Origin: Bacteroidia bacterium
Lineage (GTDB): Bacteria > Bacteroidota > Bacteroidia > CAIKAF01
DNA length: 64,000 bases
Direction of reading: 5' to 3'
Assembly: GCA_030427255.1 (NCBI GenBank)
Contig: JAUHWY010000018.1
Span: 2,359 to 66,358, forward strand
Both the position numbers and the translations under genes were made by a program. Under the pieces are notes generated by a model. That model had not been told where the DNA came from. It was given only the letters and a program-made list of their open reading frames with translations, and did not search any database. Below, in pieces: positions 20,434 through 30,325 of the stretch; positions within the stretch are counted from its first letter, which is position 1; every line of letters starts with the position of its first letter.

Positions 20434-20810
20434 TGGCTTTTCTATTGCTTTTCGACGTCTCAGGCGGCGAATTCCTGCTCATTGTTTTGGTAATCATTAT
20501 CTTTTTTGGTTCCAAAGGCATACCGGATATCGCACGAGGCTTGGGCAAAGGCATTCGTGAAGTAAAAGACGCTACCGACAGCATCAAAAGAGAAATTACC
20601 GATACCGCACGCAAGGCCGAAAGAGATGCCAGAAACGAACTGGACCAAACCCTCGATCAAGCCTTTTCCGACGAGGACTACATCAAACCTCCTAAGCCCA
20701 ACCCTTACGACAGCGACTTCTCTACACCGGAAAGTTCGGAAGACGATGCTCCCCCAAAGGATGAGGACAAACCGCCGACCGAAGGATCCGACCCATCAAA
20801 AACAGAGTGA
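20433..20810 (+). CDS. TatA/TatB family translocase subunit
   Basis: GGEFLLI..FFGSKGIPDIARGLGKGIRE; acidic tail. Confidence 0.85.
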   Translation: MAFLLLFDVSGGEFLLIVLVIIIFFGSKGIPDIARGLGKGIREVKDATDSIKREITDTARKAERDARNELDQTLDQAFSDEDYIKPPKPNPYDSDFSTPESSEDDAPPKDEDKPPTEGSDPSKTE

Positions 20811-20817
20811 CATGCCC

Positions 20818-21474
20818 TCAATGACCTTGCGCAATGGCCAAATAGGCGCTTAAAAAGCAGAATCCCAACAGAATAAAAGTCCAATAGTAGGCCCAAGGCC
20901 CATAGCTGAGCCGTACGCTTTCTTTTTGACTTTGTAACCAAAAGCTGCCCAGCAATCCTAGCATTGCCGAGGGGGTAAAAAAGGGAAATCCATACCACCA
21001 CGCAAGGAAAGGACTGCTAATAGCCAATAAGCTCACCATGGGCAAAACCATGCGCTCAACTCCCGAAAACGCTTGCGCTTTTTTGCCATCTGCCACCTCC
21101 TTGGCCACCACTTCCGCCGGAATTTCCAAGCCACGCTCTGCCAATACCAAACGAGCTAATGCTAAGTTTTCCTCGCCCCATTCTTCCGATTTCCTGAAAA
21201 TTCCAATGAGCTCCAAATCCTTCATGGACCAAAAGGGATGATTTTTTGGAGGCGTTCCCAGCAGTTCCGGCAAACGTTCCCTCAATACAGCAATTTCTTC
21301 TGCCAAAACATACAGCCATAGCACCGGCGGAAAAGGTCCCCGGCCCGTAATGGCGTCAAAAGGCCTGTTTTCTATCCGGACTCTTACTGAAAACCCTTCA
21401 TCCTCAAGCAGTTCTTTCAGCGAATCGGCATTTTCTTTTACCTCATACCTACCGACCAAATGCCAATGTGCCAT
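20818..21474 (-). CDS. Hypothetical membrane protein (DUF2007-like N-terminus)
   Basis: 218 aa, soluble N-domain, EEW..LA...L.ERG motif, 3 C-terminal TM segments. Confidence 0.6.
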   Translation of the reverse strand: MAHWHLVGRYEVKENADSLKELLEDEGFSVRVRIENRPFDAITGRGPFPPVLWLYVLAEEIAVLRERLPELLGTPPKNHPFWSMKDLELIGIFRKSEEWGEENLALARLVLAERGLEIPAEVVAKEVADGKKAQAFSGVERMVLPMVSLLAISSPFLAWWYGFPFFTPSAMLGLLGSFWLQSQKESVRLSYGPWAYYWTFILLGFCFLSAYLAIAQGH

Positions 21475-21482
21475 TGCCTTGA

Positions 21483-21638
21483 TTTTTTTTGGGGGGCAAA
21501 CGGGCTGTCAGCTATACGCGCCTGCGGCAACAAGGGGTGGCAGCAACCCAAAGTCGGGGCTTGCTGCGCGCCGCCGCGCCTTTGGGGCTGCCACTCCCTG
21601 TTGCCGCAGCCGGGTGCCGCTTCCATCCCTGCCCCAAA
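21483..21638 (+). repeat. GC-rich long-hairpin repeat, family C
   Basis: T-run, GCTGTCAGC, stem CTGCGGCAACA..GTGGCAGC/GCTGCCAC..TGTTGCCGCAG, GCTTCCATCCC; related to 51209-51368. Confidence 0.7.
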
Positions 21639-21671
21639 GATTATGCGCTGAAAACTCAATGCCTGCCAAGA

Positions 21672-23483
21672 TTACATTTGCTCAGGAGCCTCAATACACA
21701 ACAGGCTCAAGGTCTTTGCCAAATGGTCTGCTACAACCTTGGTTAAGGCCAATCGGTAATCCCGTGCTTCGGTATCTTCTGCTCTTAGAATCGGATGGTC
21801 GTGATAAAAACTACTGTAGGCCGAGGCCAACTGGTAGGCGTAGTTGGCCATTTCCGAGGGACTATAGTTCCGCGCTGCTGCGGACAATATTTCTGGAAAA
21901 CGACTCAATAAACGCACCAATTTCCATTCGGCAGCATCCGGGGAGTAGTGTCCCGACAAAGAGCTGTTTAAAAACTCCAAACCGGAAGTGGAGGCATTCC
22001 GTAAAACCGAACAACAACGGGCATGCATGTATTGAATGAATGGACCGGTATTTCCTTGGAAATCAATGCTTTCTTTAGGATTAAACACCATGCGCTTTTT
22101 AGGATCCACCCTCAAAATAAAATAGCGGAGTGCGCCTAAGCCAATAGCACTCCATATTTGCTGTTGCTCCACCTCATTCAACTGGTTGAGTCGTCCTTGT
22201 ACAGAAGCTTTTTCGCGGGCAATATCCGTTACGGTTTCTATTAAATCGTCGGCATCTACCACGGTGCCTTCCCGGCTTTTCATTTTTCCGGTCGGAAGTT
22301 CTACCATTCCGTAAGACAAATGGAACAGCTGGTCGGAGGCTTTAAGACCCAAACGCTTTAAAATTTCAAAGAGCACCTTAAAATGGTAGTCTTGTTCGTT
22401 TCCCACCACATATATGGCACGTTCAAAATCAAAATCTTGCTGCTTTTGATAAGCCAGGGCTATATCTTGGGTCATGTACACCGTGGTTCCATTGCTGCGT
22501 AAAACCAACTTTTCATCCAGACCAATGTCGGTTAGGTCTATCCAAACCGAACCATCTTCTTTTTCAAAAAATACCCCTTTTTTGAGGCCTTCCTGTACGG
22601 TTTCTCGCCCTAAATTATAGACGTCGGATTCGAAGTATACTTTGTCAAACTTTAGGTCAAGGGCTTCAAAGGTTTGGTTGACTCCCTGGTAAAACCAGTC
22701 GTTCATTTTTTGCCAAAGAGACCGAACTTCGGAGTCACCCTTTTCCCAGGCAATGGTTAATTCGTCTACTTTTTGAGCAATAGGCGCCTGCTTTTGAGCT
22801 TCTTCTTTGCTTAGTCCTTTAGCCATTAGGGCTTCGGTTTCCTCCTTCCATTGGCGGTTGTACTCCACGTAGTATGCGCCAACAAGCGCATCTCCCTTAA
22901 TATTTGCTTCCTGTGGACTGAGTTTTTCTTTGCTCTCCAAATAGGCTGCCATAGACTTGGAGATGTTGGTGCCCCGGTCGTTGAATAAATTGGTACGCAC
23001 CACGGTATGTCCTTTGGCTTCTAATATTGAGGCTAAAGAACTTCCCAGAAAGATGTTGCGTAAATGCCCTAAATGCAGTGGTTTATTGGTGTTTGGCGAA
23101 GGATATTCCATAAGCACCGTGGAACGACTACCGGGAGCTTCAAATCCGGCTTTGGGATGTTTAAGCAACCATTCGAGTGCCTCGTTCCAGTATGCTGCAC
23201 TTAGCTTAAGATTCAAAAAACCGCGCACGGTTTGGTAGCTTTCAATGGCGGGTAGGCTAGTCTTGAGTTGTTCTCCTAAAACTTGGCCCAGGTCTTCGGG
23301 GGACATACCCAAAGGCTTTATGTACGGAAACAATACCACCGCAAAGTCCTCATCCATTTCGTTGGGTGGCAATTGCACCTGTGGCTGTTTGAGTTTTTCG
23401 GGAATCTGCCACGACTTTTCTTGCGCCAAGGAGGCTATGTTTTTTTCCGCTTCAAGGGCAATACGCTCCACAATTCTTTCCAT
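21672..23483 (-). CDS. argS: Arginine--tRNA ligase
   Basis: PNTNKPLHLGHLRN (HIGH), KMKSREG, GNTGPFIQY, C-terminal PEQM. Confidence 0.96.
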   Translation of the reverse strand: MERIVERIALEAEKNIASLAQEKSWQIPEKLKQPQVQLPPNEMDEDFAVVLFPYIKPLGMSPEDLGQVLGEQLKTSLPAIESYQTVRGFLNLKLSAAYWNEALEWLLKHPKAGFEAPGSRSTVLMEYPSPNTNKPLHLGHLRNIFLGSSLASILEAKGHTVVRTNLFNDRGTNISKSMAAYLESKEKLSPQEANIKGDALVGAYYVEYNRQWKEETEALMAKGLSKEEAQKQAPIAQKVDELTIAWEKGDSEVRSLWQKMNDWFYQGVNQTFEALDLKFDKVYFESDVYNLGRETVQEGLKKGVFFEKEDGSVWIDLTDIGLDEKLVLRSNGTTVYMTQDIALAYQKQQDFDFERAIYVVGNEQDYHFKVLFEILKRLGLKASDQLFHLSYGMVELPTGKMKSREGTVVDADDLIETVTDIAREKASVQGRLNQLNEVEQQQIWSAIGLGALRYFILRVDPKKRMVFNPKESIDFQGNTGPFIQYMHARCCSVLRNASTSGLEFLNSSLSGHYSPDAAEWKLVRLLSRFPEILSAAARNYSPSEMANYAYQLASAYSSFYHDHPILRAEDTEARDYRLALTKVVADHLAKTLSLLCIEAPEQM

Positions 23484-23583
23484 GCGGTAAAGATACAGGC
23501 CTAATGCATTTAAGGTTCCAATTTTTAGCAAATTTTAGCCGCAAGTTTTACCTCTATTGACAGGCTTTTATGAAATTCGTAGC

Positions 23584-24171
23584 ATGAAATTTAATCTCAC
23601 CGACGTTACCCGTCTAATCCGAACTCGACGAAGCATTCGTCCGGAGCAGTTGCGCAACCGGAAGGTACACCGCGATCAGTTGGAGTTGATGTTTGAGGCT
23701 GCCAATTGGGCCCCAAATCATGGAAAAACCGAACCTTGGCGCTTTAAGGTATTTCAAGGAGAAGCATTGCAAGCGCTGCAGCAACAGATGGCGGATGTAT
23801 ACAAAGAGGTGAGTGCCCCCGATGCTTTTTTACAGTCCAAATACGAACAAATTCAGGCTAGAGCGCAAAAGGCTTCTGTGGCTATTGTAGTGTGGATGAA
23901 ACGCCAGGAAAGCGGCCGAATTCCTGAAGAAGAAGAGATGATGGCAGTGGCTTGTGCCGTTCAGAACATGAGTCTGGTAGCCACGGCTTATGGCATGGGG
24001 CTGTTTTGGTCTTCCGGAAAAGTGGCCTATGCGCCCTCCTTTGCCAAGTATCTGGGTATTGAATCTCCTGATCGGGTGTTGGGGGTGCTGTATCCGGGCT
24101 ATCCGGAAGAGGAGTGGCCCGAAGGCAAGCGCAACATTTGGATGAATAAGGTGGAGTGGAACGGGTTTTAA
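23584..24171 (+). CDS. Nitroreductase (YdjA-like)
   Basis: IRTRRSIR, AANWAPNHGKTEPWRF, AVQNM. Confidence 0.88.
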   Translation: MKFNLTDVTRLIRTRRSIRPEQLRNRKVHRDQLELMFEAANWAPNHGKTEPWRFKVFQGEALQALQQQMADVYKEVSAPDAFLQSKYEQIQARAQKASVAIVVWMKRQESGRIPEEEEMMAVACAVQNMSLVATAYGMGLFWSSGKVAYAPSFAKYLGIESPDRVLGVLYPGYPEEEWPEGKRNIWMNKVEWNGF

Positions 24172-24352
24172 CAAAAAGCTCCCATAACTTCCTTTTTTTT
24201 GCGTTTTTCTTGGGGTATGGAGCCAGCCGGGGCTCCTTTTAGCTTTTATGCCGGATGTAGAGATTTTCAAAATGTTAATTATTTGAAAATGAGATACTTA
24301 ACATTTTTTATGTAGAGATTTTTTATGGGGAGAGGCATTGCCCTACGGAGCT

Positions 24353-24513
24353 TAAAGCGCCCCGATGGAGTCGGAAAGCCCGGAAGTTGGAGGCCCGGCT
24401 CGGCTTAGCGGGTGGAGGCTGATTCCATTGGTTTGGAGAAGCCCCCGCACCGCTTAGCCGGCCGTGGCCTCCAGCTGAGGACTTGGAGACGGAAGCGGAA
24501 AAGGCGCCCAAAA
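24353..24513 (-). repeat. GC-rich long-hairpin repeat, family A (reverse orientation)
   Basis: CGGAAAGCCCGG at 24372-24383, GGACTTGGAG at 24479-24488, GGCGCCCAAAA end. Confidence 0.72.
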
Positions 24514-24575
24514 CTTTAAAATGCAATAACCTAAAAATTGGAGCTCTTTAAAGCTTCCTTTTTTCAAATGTGGGT

Positions 24576-25157
24576 TTAGCCGAAATATTCCGGGGCGTTG
24601 CCGGGCTTCCATTTGATGTTGCAGCCCATGCTTGGTTTTTGGTCTGTGGGGATTTTATTTCCCTGCAACAGCTGTTCTACCGCTGCGGCAAGGTCAGCTC
24701 CGGTGACGGCTGCATCATTCTTTGGGCGGGCATCATCGAATTGGCCGCGGTAAACGCAGGCAAGTGCATCGTCAAACAGCATGAAATCGGGAGTGCAGGC
24801 CGCAAAATAGGCTTTGGCGGTTTCTTGCGACGCGTCGAATAAATAGGGCCAATCAAATCCATATTCTGTGGCAAGATCCTTCATTTTTTCGGGGCTGTCT
24901 TGCGGGTATTTCTCTACATCGTTGCTGGAAATAAAGGCAATTCCCAAGCCCATATCTTGCCATTCCGTGCATAAATCTACCAATTTGGGCAGGATATGAA
25001 TTACGTAGGGGCAGTGGTTGCAAATGAACACCACCAATAGACCTTTTGGACCTACCAGGTCTTCCGGGCTCCATGCTAAGGATCCAATGGTATCGGGCAA
25101 TTCAAAGTCAGGTGCTCTAAATCCCAAAGGAATTTGGTGTGTAGGTGTAGCAGCCAT
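24576..25157 (-). CDS. AhpC/TSA thioredoxin-family protein
   Basis: FICNHCPYV, ACTPDF, YRGQFDD, SMGCNIKW. Confidence 0.9.
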   Translation of the reverse strand: MAATPTHQIPLGFRAPDFELPDTIGSLAWSPEDLVGPKGLLVVFICNHCPYVIHILPKLVDLCTEWQDMGLGIAFISSNDVEKYPQDSPEKMKDLATEYGFDWPYLFDASQETAKAYFAACTPDFMLFDDALACVYRGQFDDARPKNDAAVTGADLAAAVEQLLQGNKIPTDQKPSMGCNIKWKPGNAPEYFG

Positions 25158-25169
25158 ATATTGATGTTT

Positions 25170-25787
25170 TCAGCTAAGGTACGACCATTGCTTAAGACGG
25201 GCATCATGTGCTTCTTGGCAAAAGTGGCATAGCCAGTTCTGCAGCATTTGGAATCCTCCGGGCGTCATTACCGATTCGGGGTGAAACTGCAGCACGGTCC
25301 ACGGCTTGCTTTGATGCACAGCGGCCATGCAGGCTCCATCTGAGGTGTGGGCCAGGACCTGCCATTGCAGCGGATGCATTTGTTTAAAGGCCCAACTATG
25401 GTAACGGCCTACTTGGATGGGAGCCTTAATGCCTTGAAAAAGCCAATGGTTTTCTTGAGAAAGTTGCAAGTGGTCTTCTTGGCCATGGGCCACCACCGGT
25501 AGTTGCTCCAAGTGTTCTCCGGTTAATTGCCCCAGCGCTTGCATACCTAAGCAAATGCCGAGTACGGGCAAATCAGCTGGCAGTTGCCCGAGGATTTCCA
25601 TTAAGCGGCCCGAAGTGTTAGGCAATCCCGGTCCGGGAGAGAGTATAAGGGCATCGGCCTTAAAAACCTGATCAAAAGAGGGGGCGTCGTTTTGCCAAAG
25701 GTTTAGGGAGTTGTCGCTCAAAACCTCCAGGTAGTGTACCAGGTTTCCGGTAAAGGAATCGTAATTATCGATGAGGTGCAACTGCAT
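25170..25787 (-). CDS. Anthranilate/aminodeoxychorismate synthase component II (glutamine amidotransferase)
   Basis: IDNYDSFT, SPGPG, GICLGMQ, RYHSW, QFHPES. Confidence 0.9.
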   Translation of the reverse strand: MQLHLIDNYDSFTGNLVHYLEVLSDNSLNLWQNDAPSFDQVFKADALILSPGPGLPNTSGRLMEILGQLPADLPVLGICLGMQALGQLTGEHLEQLPVVAHGQEDHLQLSQENHWLFQGIKAPIQVGRYHSWAFKQMHPLQWQVLAHTSDGACMAAVHQSKPWTVLQFHPESVMTPGGFQMLQNWLCHFCQEAHDARLKQWSYLS

Positions 25788-26199
25788 GCTTGTAGTGCAA
25801 ATAGAGCCAGAGGGGGCCAAAGGCATTGGCGGCCATTAAAAAGGCCAACAGGGTAGGGGCGAAGGCTCCACTTTCCATGGCGGGCAACACGCGGGTTAAG
25901 TGTTCGCTCATTAAAGGCCAGAGGTAAAGCCATGCGATGATTTCCAATCCTTTTCCCAATAGAAAAAAACGCCACCATTTTTGTTGTGGGTTTCGCCAAT
26001 ACAGCCACAAAAAGACCAATGTTGCCAGGCTAACCAAAAAAAGTAGGGCAATGGGCAGCCGCACATCGGCAAGGCCAATACCTAAATAAAAGTCCAGGTT
26101 CACTTGCATGAACCTATAAAAGTAAAGGTAAAGCCCCAGCATTGGGACTTTACCTAAAGCTAAAAGGATTGCGGAAACAGGCCGCCCTTTGAATGGCAT
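25765..26199 (-). CDS. Hypothetical membrane protein
   Basis: 144 aa, about 4 TM segments, tightly packed in the operon. Confidence 0.6.
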   Translation of the reverse strand: MPFKGRPVSAILLALGKVPMLGLYLYFYRFMQVNLDFYLGIGLADVRLPIALLFLVSLATLVFLWLYWRNPQQKWWRFFLLGKGLEIIAWLYLWPLMSEHLTRVLPAMESGAFAPTLLAFLMAANAFGPLWLYLHYKHAVAPHR

Positions 26200-26200
26200 G

Positions 26201-26665
26201 TTAGTTCACGAACTTTTTGCGGTTGGCCAAATAAATAATGGGGAAAAGAGATTTTCCTAAGAGGGCAATAAAAATTCCGGCAATCATTACACCTTCGGTG
26301 GCTGAAGCCATAGACCGGCTAAATTGAGCCATGGACAATTTCATCATGCTCACCTGAAAATCAAAGGTGATAATGGAGCTCAAAATGGTTAAAAGAATAA
26401 CAACGGCCTTGCTGATCATATACAGCTTAAACCCTTTTTGTTTGAGTTTAATCATTTGAATTGCTGCAATAAGCATAACGACATTCAAAACCGGACTGAT
26501 TACCGAGACGATTTTGGAAAAGGTAGGAATCATTGGGTTGGCCAAATTTGCCCAGCCAATTAATCCAAAAAGTGCGCCTAAGCTTTGAAAAATAATGGTC
26601 ATCACAATCAATGCCATTAGTCCTCCGGAGGCCTTTTCTTGTTCTTGTAAATCTATTTGTTCCAT
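26201..26665 (-). CDS. Hypothetical membrane protein
   Basis: 154 aa, about 4 TM segments, KQKGFKLY motif. Confidence 0.7.
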   Translation of the reverse strand: MEQIDLQEQEKASGGLMALIVMTIIFQSLGALFGLIGWANLANPMIPTFSKIVSVISPVLNVVMLIAAIQMIKLKQKGFKLYMISKAVVILLTILSSIITFDFQVSMMKLSMAQFSRSMASATEGVMIAGIFIALLGKSLFPIIYLANRKKFVN

Positions 26666-26699
26666 AGCTTTTAATTTTAAACGAATTTAGGAGAATAAT

Positions 26700-27104
26700 T
26701 CATGGTATTTTGGTTCGTTTTTGTGCTTTTAACCAACAAAGTGCCAACAGGCATGGCCAAAGTGCCCACAGACCTAGAGCCAGCAGAATGGAAGTGGCAT
26801 CCATTTTTGGAAGCTGATCCGGAGCAAAGGCCCACTGCAGAACAAAGCCCATCAGAATAAAAACCTTTCCGGCAAGGTACCATTTGAGGCAAGTTTTCCT
26901 TTGAATTGCTAGTCCATAACGCATAGCCCACAAGGCCAGTAGTGCCCCAACAATTCTAATTCCAAAATCTAGCGGGTGAACCCCACTTGTCCAAAAGGAG
27001 GCCGGTTCCATGGCATTTACCCAGCTGTTCATCAAACGCCAACATAGGCCTGGAATGGCGGCAAGGCATAACCCAAGCCATAGAAATTTAATTGGACTGC
27101 TCAT
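26700..27104 (-). CDS. Hypothetical membrane protein
   Basis: 134 aa, about 4 TM segments, overlaps the end of the M61 gene. Confidence 0.6.
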   Translation of the reverse strand: MSSPIKFLWLGLCLAAIPGLCWRLMNSWVNAMEPASFWTSGVHPLDFGIRIVGALLALWAMRYGLAIQRKTCLKWYLAGKVFILMGFVLQWAFAPDQLPKMDATSILLALGLWALWPCLLALCWLKAQKRTKIP

Positions 27105-28803
27105 GGATTCCTAACCAAAGCTTACGCAAGGACATTTGGCCGGCACTTAGCTTTTTCATGGATTCGAATTCAGGTACCGCAAAATATTTGGATGCATCGG
27201 CCTCCATTTCTACCTCAAAAGGAATTCCCAAACGCTTAAAGCCATACCTTGCTTTGCCCGGCATGAGTTCGGGTTGCCCTGTTTCCCACACATCTCCAAA
27301 GCGCAAACCGGCAAGGGCTGCAGGGCTATCCGGGGCTACCTCCACAATTTTGTTTCTTGTGCTATCGAATCTTATGCCTAAATTATGTTCCCAAACACCC
27401 CAGGGGAAAGAGTAGCTTAAGGAATAACCCAGTGCTTCCAAAGATCTTTCAAGCAATTCGTCTAAACCCTTTCTTTGCTTGAGTACTTCATTCAAATACC
27501 ATGACGAATCCTTTCCCGATAGTCGCTCAATTTCAGCAAGGTAATCGGCTAGGGTATAGCCATTTTTTCGAAGGGTTGGATTGGCGTATAAGTGCTTCAT
27601 TAGCCCTTGTATTCCTCCGGACTTGGGATTGTCTGTCAACAACCGAAGGTCAAGGATAAACGAGGCCAAAGCTCCATCGCTGTAGATGGACATTCTTCGG
27701 CCTCTCGCTCCATTTCCGTATCCGTCAATCCAAGTACTGTTGCCGGCTTCCAATAAATCCATTGCCAATCTCCCGGGGTTGAACTTATGTCTTTGCCACC
27801 AGGTGCTTAGGTCTTTTAGTGCTTTTGACTCGTCGAAAAGTCCACATCTTACTAAAGCCATCTCACCCATATAAGTGGTTACTCCCTCGGCGATGAGTGA
27901 CAAGGGCTCGGGAGCTTCTCGGTGCAAGGGATAAGGCATCCAAGAAGCCGGCCTCAATCGTTTTACGTTCCAAGCATGGTAAAACTCATGGGAGAATAAG
28001 GACAAAAGCTCTTCATAGCCTTCTTCACCTAAGCTTTTGTCGGGGCCAAGTACACATAGATTATTGGTTTCGTGTTCCACCCCATGGTGTGCTTTTAGCC
28101 TTGTGGTTTGCAGCAAAAAGCGGTAGGATTCCACATCCAATCCTCCAAAAGCATTCCATTGCCAATGACAACATAATCCAAGATCCTTGGCAATTCGATT
28201 TTTGTCTATCGGGAAATTTCCGATAACCAATAAAGATATGGCGCTTGGTGTGCCTGGGATATCTATGGAAAGCACATTTGGACCGGCCAAAAAGGGCTCG
28301 TCAACCAGTCGGTCAAAGGTACAGGCTTCAAGAACCACGGTATTTTCCTTCCGGTGCGCCTCAAGCCCTGTAGTAAAGGACCATCCCTCCGGAATCTCGA
28401 CTTCAAGACTGCAAGGAATTTGTGGCTCAGAGACGGACATTATGCACGCTTGTATGGGGTTTATTTGCAAGCGTCCTTCCATAGTTCGGGGGTCTGCATA
28501 ACAGCTGCCGGCATTTAACTCGCCTGCCCAGATTTCGTAGCGGATGCACAGTTCGGATTCCTTCCACACAAAATGCTTTTGGTCTAAGGTTTCCGGCATG
28601 ATAGGCTTGCCCTTAGGTGTAAAGGCCTGCAGGCCTCGAATCAGTTTTTCAAAATTTCCGGCTTCGTATCGGCCTGGTCGCCAAAAAGGAAACCTAAAGG
28701 TTCTTGGCTTTTCCTCTTCAAATAAAAAATGAGCTTCTACCAGCAAGAAGTCGCTGTTTTGTCCCTCTTGCATGCCTATTTTATAGACTACACCTTCCTT
28801 CAT
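27088..28803 (-). CDS. M61 family metallopeptidase with PDZ domain
   Basis: WRPGRY, GVEH, HEFYHAWNVKRLRP, EGVTTY, PDZ VAPDSPAALAGL. Confidence 0.9.
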   Translation of the reverse strand: MKEGVVYKIGMQEGQNSDFLLVEAHFLFEEEKPRTFRFPFWRPGRYEAGNFEKLIRGLQAFTPKGKPIMPETLDQKHFVWKESELCIRYEIWAGELNAGSCYADPRTMEGRLQINPIQACIMSVSEPQIPCSLEVEIPEGWSFTTGLEAHRKENTVVLEACTFDRLVDEPFLAGPNVLSIDIPGTPSAISLLVIGNFPIDKNRIAKDLGLCCHWQWNAFGGLDVESYRFLLQTTRLKAHHGVEHETNNLCVLGPDKSLGEEGYEELLSLFSHEFYHAWNVKRLRPASWMPYPLHREAPEPLSLIAEGVTTYMGEMALVRCGLFDESKALKDLSTWWQRHKFNPGRLAMDLLEAGNSTWIDGYGNGARGRRMSIYSDGALASFILDLRLLTDNPKSGGIQGLMKHLYANPTLRKNGYTLADYLAEIERLSGKDSSWYLNEVLKQRKGLDELLERSLEALGYSLSYSFPWGVWEHNLGIRFDSTRNKIVEVAPDSPAALAGLRFGDVWETGQPELMPGKARYGFKRLGIPFEVEMEADASKYFAVPEFESMKKLSAGQMSLRKLWLGIHEQSN

Positions 28804-28925
28804 ACATCGAATGTACCTATTTCTTACCTTTTGCTGACAGAAACAAGGCTTTCACAAGCTCCAAACCATTGGAAGGGAACTGGGTTAAAATGTGTATTTT
28901 CGTGCCAGCTTAAAAAAATGAAGGC

Positions 28926-30314
28926 ATGCAATTTGATGTACTAGTTATAGGAAGTGGTCCCGGAGGTTATGTGGCAGCCATTCGCGCAGCCCAATTAGGA
29001 CTCAAAACCGCGGTTGTTGAGCGCGAAAGCTTAGGAGGTATTTGCCTCAACTGGGGGTGTATCCCAACCAAAGCGCTATTGAAAAGTGCTCAGGTATACG
29101 ATTATATTAAGCATGCCGGCGATTATGGAATCAAAGTAAAGGAGGCCGAAGTTGCCTTTGATGACATGATTAAGCGCTCGCGTGAGGTTGCCGGAGGCAT
29201 GAGCAAAGGCGTACAATTCCTCATGCGCAAAAACAAGATTGAGGTCCTTATGGGGCAAGGTAAGGTTGCCGGTCCCAATAAAGTGGAGGTTACCGATGCG
29301 GACAATAAAAAGACCGTGTATCAGGCCAAGCATATTATTCTGGCCACCGGAGCTCGTTCCAGAACCCTCCCCAACATTCCTCAAGACGGTAAAAAAATCA
29401 TTGGTTACCGAGAAGCCATGACACTAACCGAGCAACCCAAACGCATGGTGGTTGTAGGAAGTGGAGCCATTGGTTCTGAGTTTTCCTATTTCTATAACGC
29501 TATTGGTACTGAGGTTACTCTAGTTGAATATTTGCCGCGCATTTTGCCCGCCGAAGACGAAGAAAGCTCCAAAACCATGGAGAAGATATTTAAAAAGCAA
29601 GGCATTGAGGTGCGTACAGGCACTACGGTAGAAAAGGCAGAAATTAAAGGCAAAGAGGTGGAAGTCCACCTAGACAAAGGAGGTAAGAAAGAGGTAATCA
29701 AAGCCGATGTGGTATTGTCTGCTGTTGGCGTAGTCGCTAATATCGAAGATTTAGGTTTGGAGCAATTGGGCATTAAAACCGAGCATGGCAAAGTGCCTGT
29801 AGATGCTTTTTACCAAACCAATATTCCAGGAGTTTATGCCATTGGAGATATGATTCCAGGGCCTGCATTAGCGCACTTAGCCTCGCATGAAGCCATTGTT
29901 TGTGTCGAAAAAATTGCCGGCAAAAACCCGCAAGCTATAGATTACAACAACATCCCGGGTTGCACCTACACCTATCCTGAGGTTGCCTCTGTCGGATACA
30001 CCGAGCAGTCCGCCAAAGAAGCAGGCTATTCCATTAAGGTTGGTAAGTTTCCTTTTAGTGCTTCGGGTAAGGCAAGTGCTGCAGGTGCAAAAGACGGTTT
30101 CGTAAAATTGATTTTTGACGAAAAGTATGGAGAGCTGCTAGGAGCGCACATGGTTGGAGCTAATGTAACCGAAATGATTGCAGAAATTGTGGCAGCTAGG
30201 AAGCTAGAAACTACCGGGCACGAAATTATTACGGCAGTTCACCCGCACCCCACCATGTCGGAGGCCGTTATGGAAGCTGCGGCTGCTGCCTATGGTGAAG
30301 TAATTCACCTTTGA
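28926..30314 (+). CDS. lpdA: Dihydrolipoyl dehydrogenase
   Basis: GSGPGGY, GGICLNWGCIPTK, HPHPTMSE. Confidence 0.96.
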   Translation: MQFDVLVIGSGPGGYVAAIRAAQLGLKTAVVERESLGGICLNWGCIPTKALLKSAQVYDYIKHAGDYGIKVKEAEVAFDDMIKRSREVAGGMSKGVQFLMRKNKIEVLMGQGKVAGPNKVEVTDADNKKTVYQAKHIILATGARSRTLPNIPQDGKKIIGYREAMTLTEQPKRMVVVGSGAIGSEFSYFYNAIGTEVTLVEYLPRILPAEDEESSKTMEKIFKKQGIEVRTGTTVEKAEIKGKEVEVHLDKGGKKEVIKADVVLSAVGVVANIEDLGLEQLGIKTEHGKVPVDAFYQTNIPGVYAIGDMIPGPALAHLASHEAIVCVEKIAGKNPQAIDYNNIPGCTYTYPEVASVGYTEQSAKEAGYSIKVGKFPFSASGKASAAGAKDGFVKLIFDEKYGELLGAHMVGANVTEMIAEIVAARKLETTGHEIITAVHPHPTMSEAVMEAAAAAYGEVIHL

Positions 30315-30325
30315 CCTAAGGGCTT

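Noticed and set aside
21350-22039. 229-aa + strand ORF
   Set aside because: Spans a hairpin repeat and overlaps two minus-strand genes; the translation looks non-coding.
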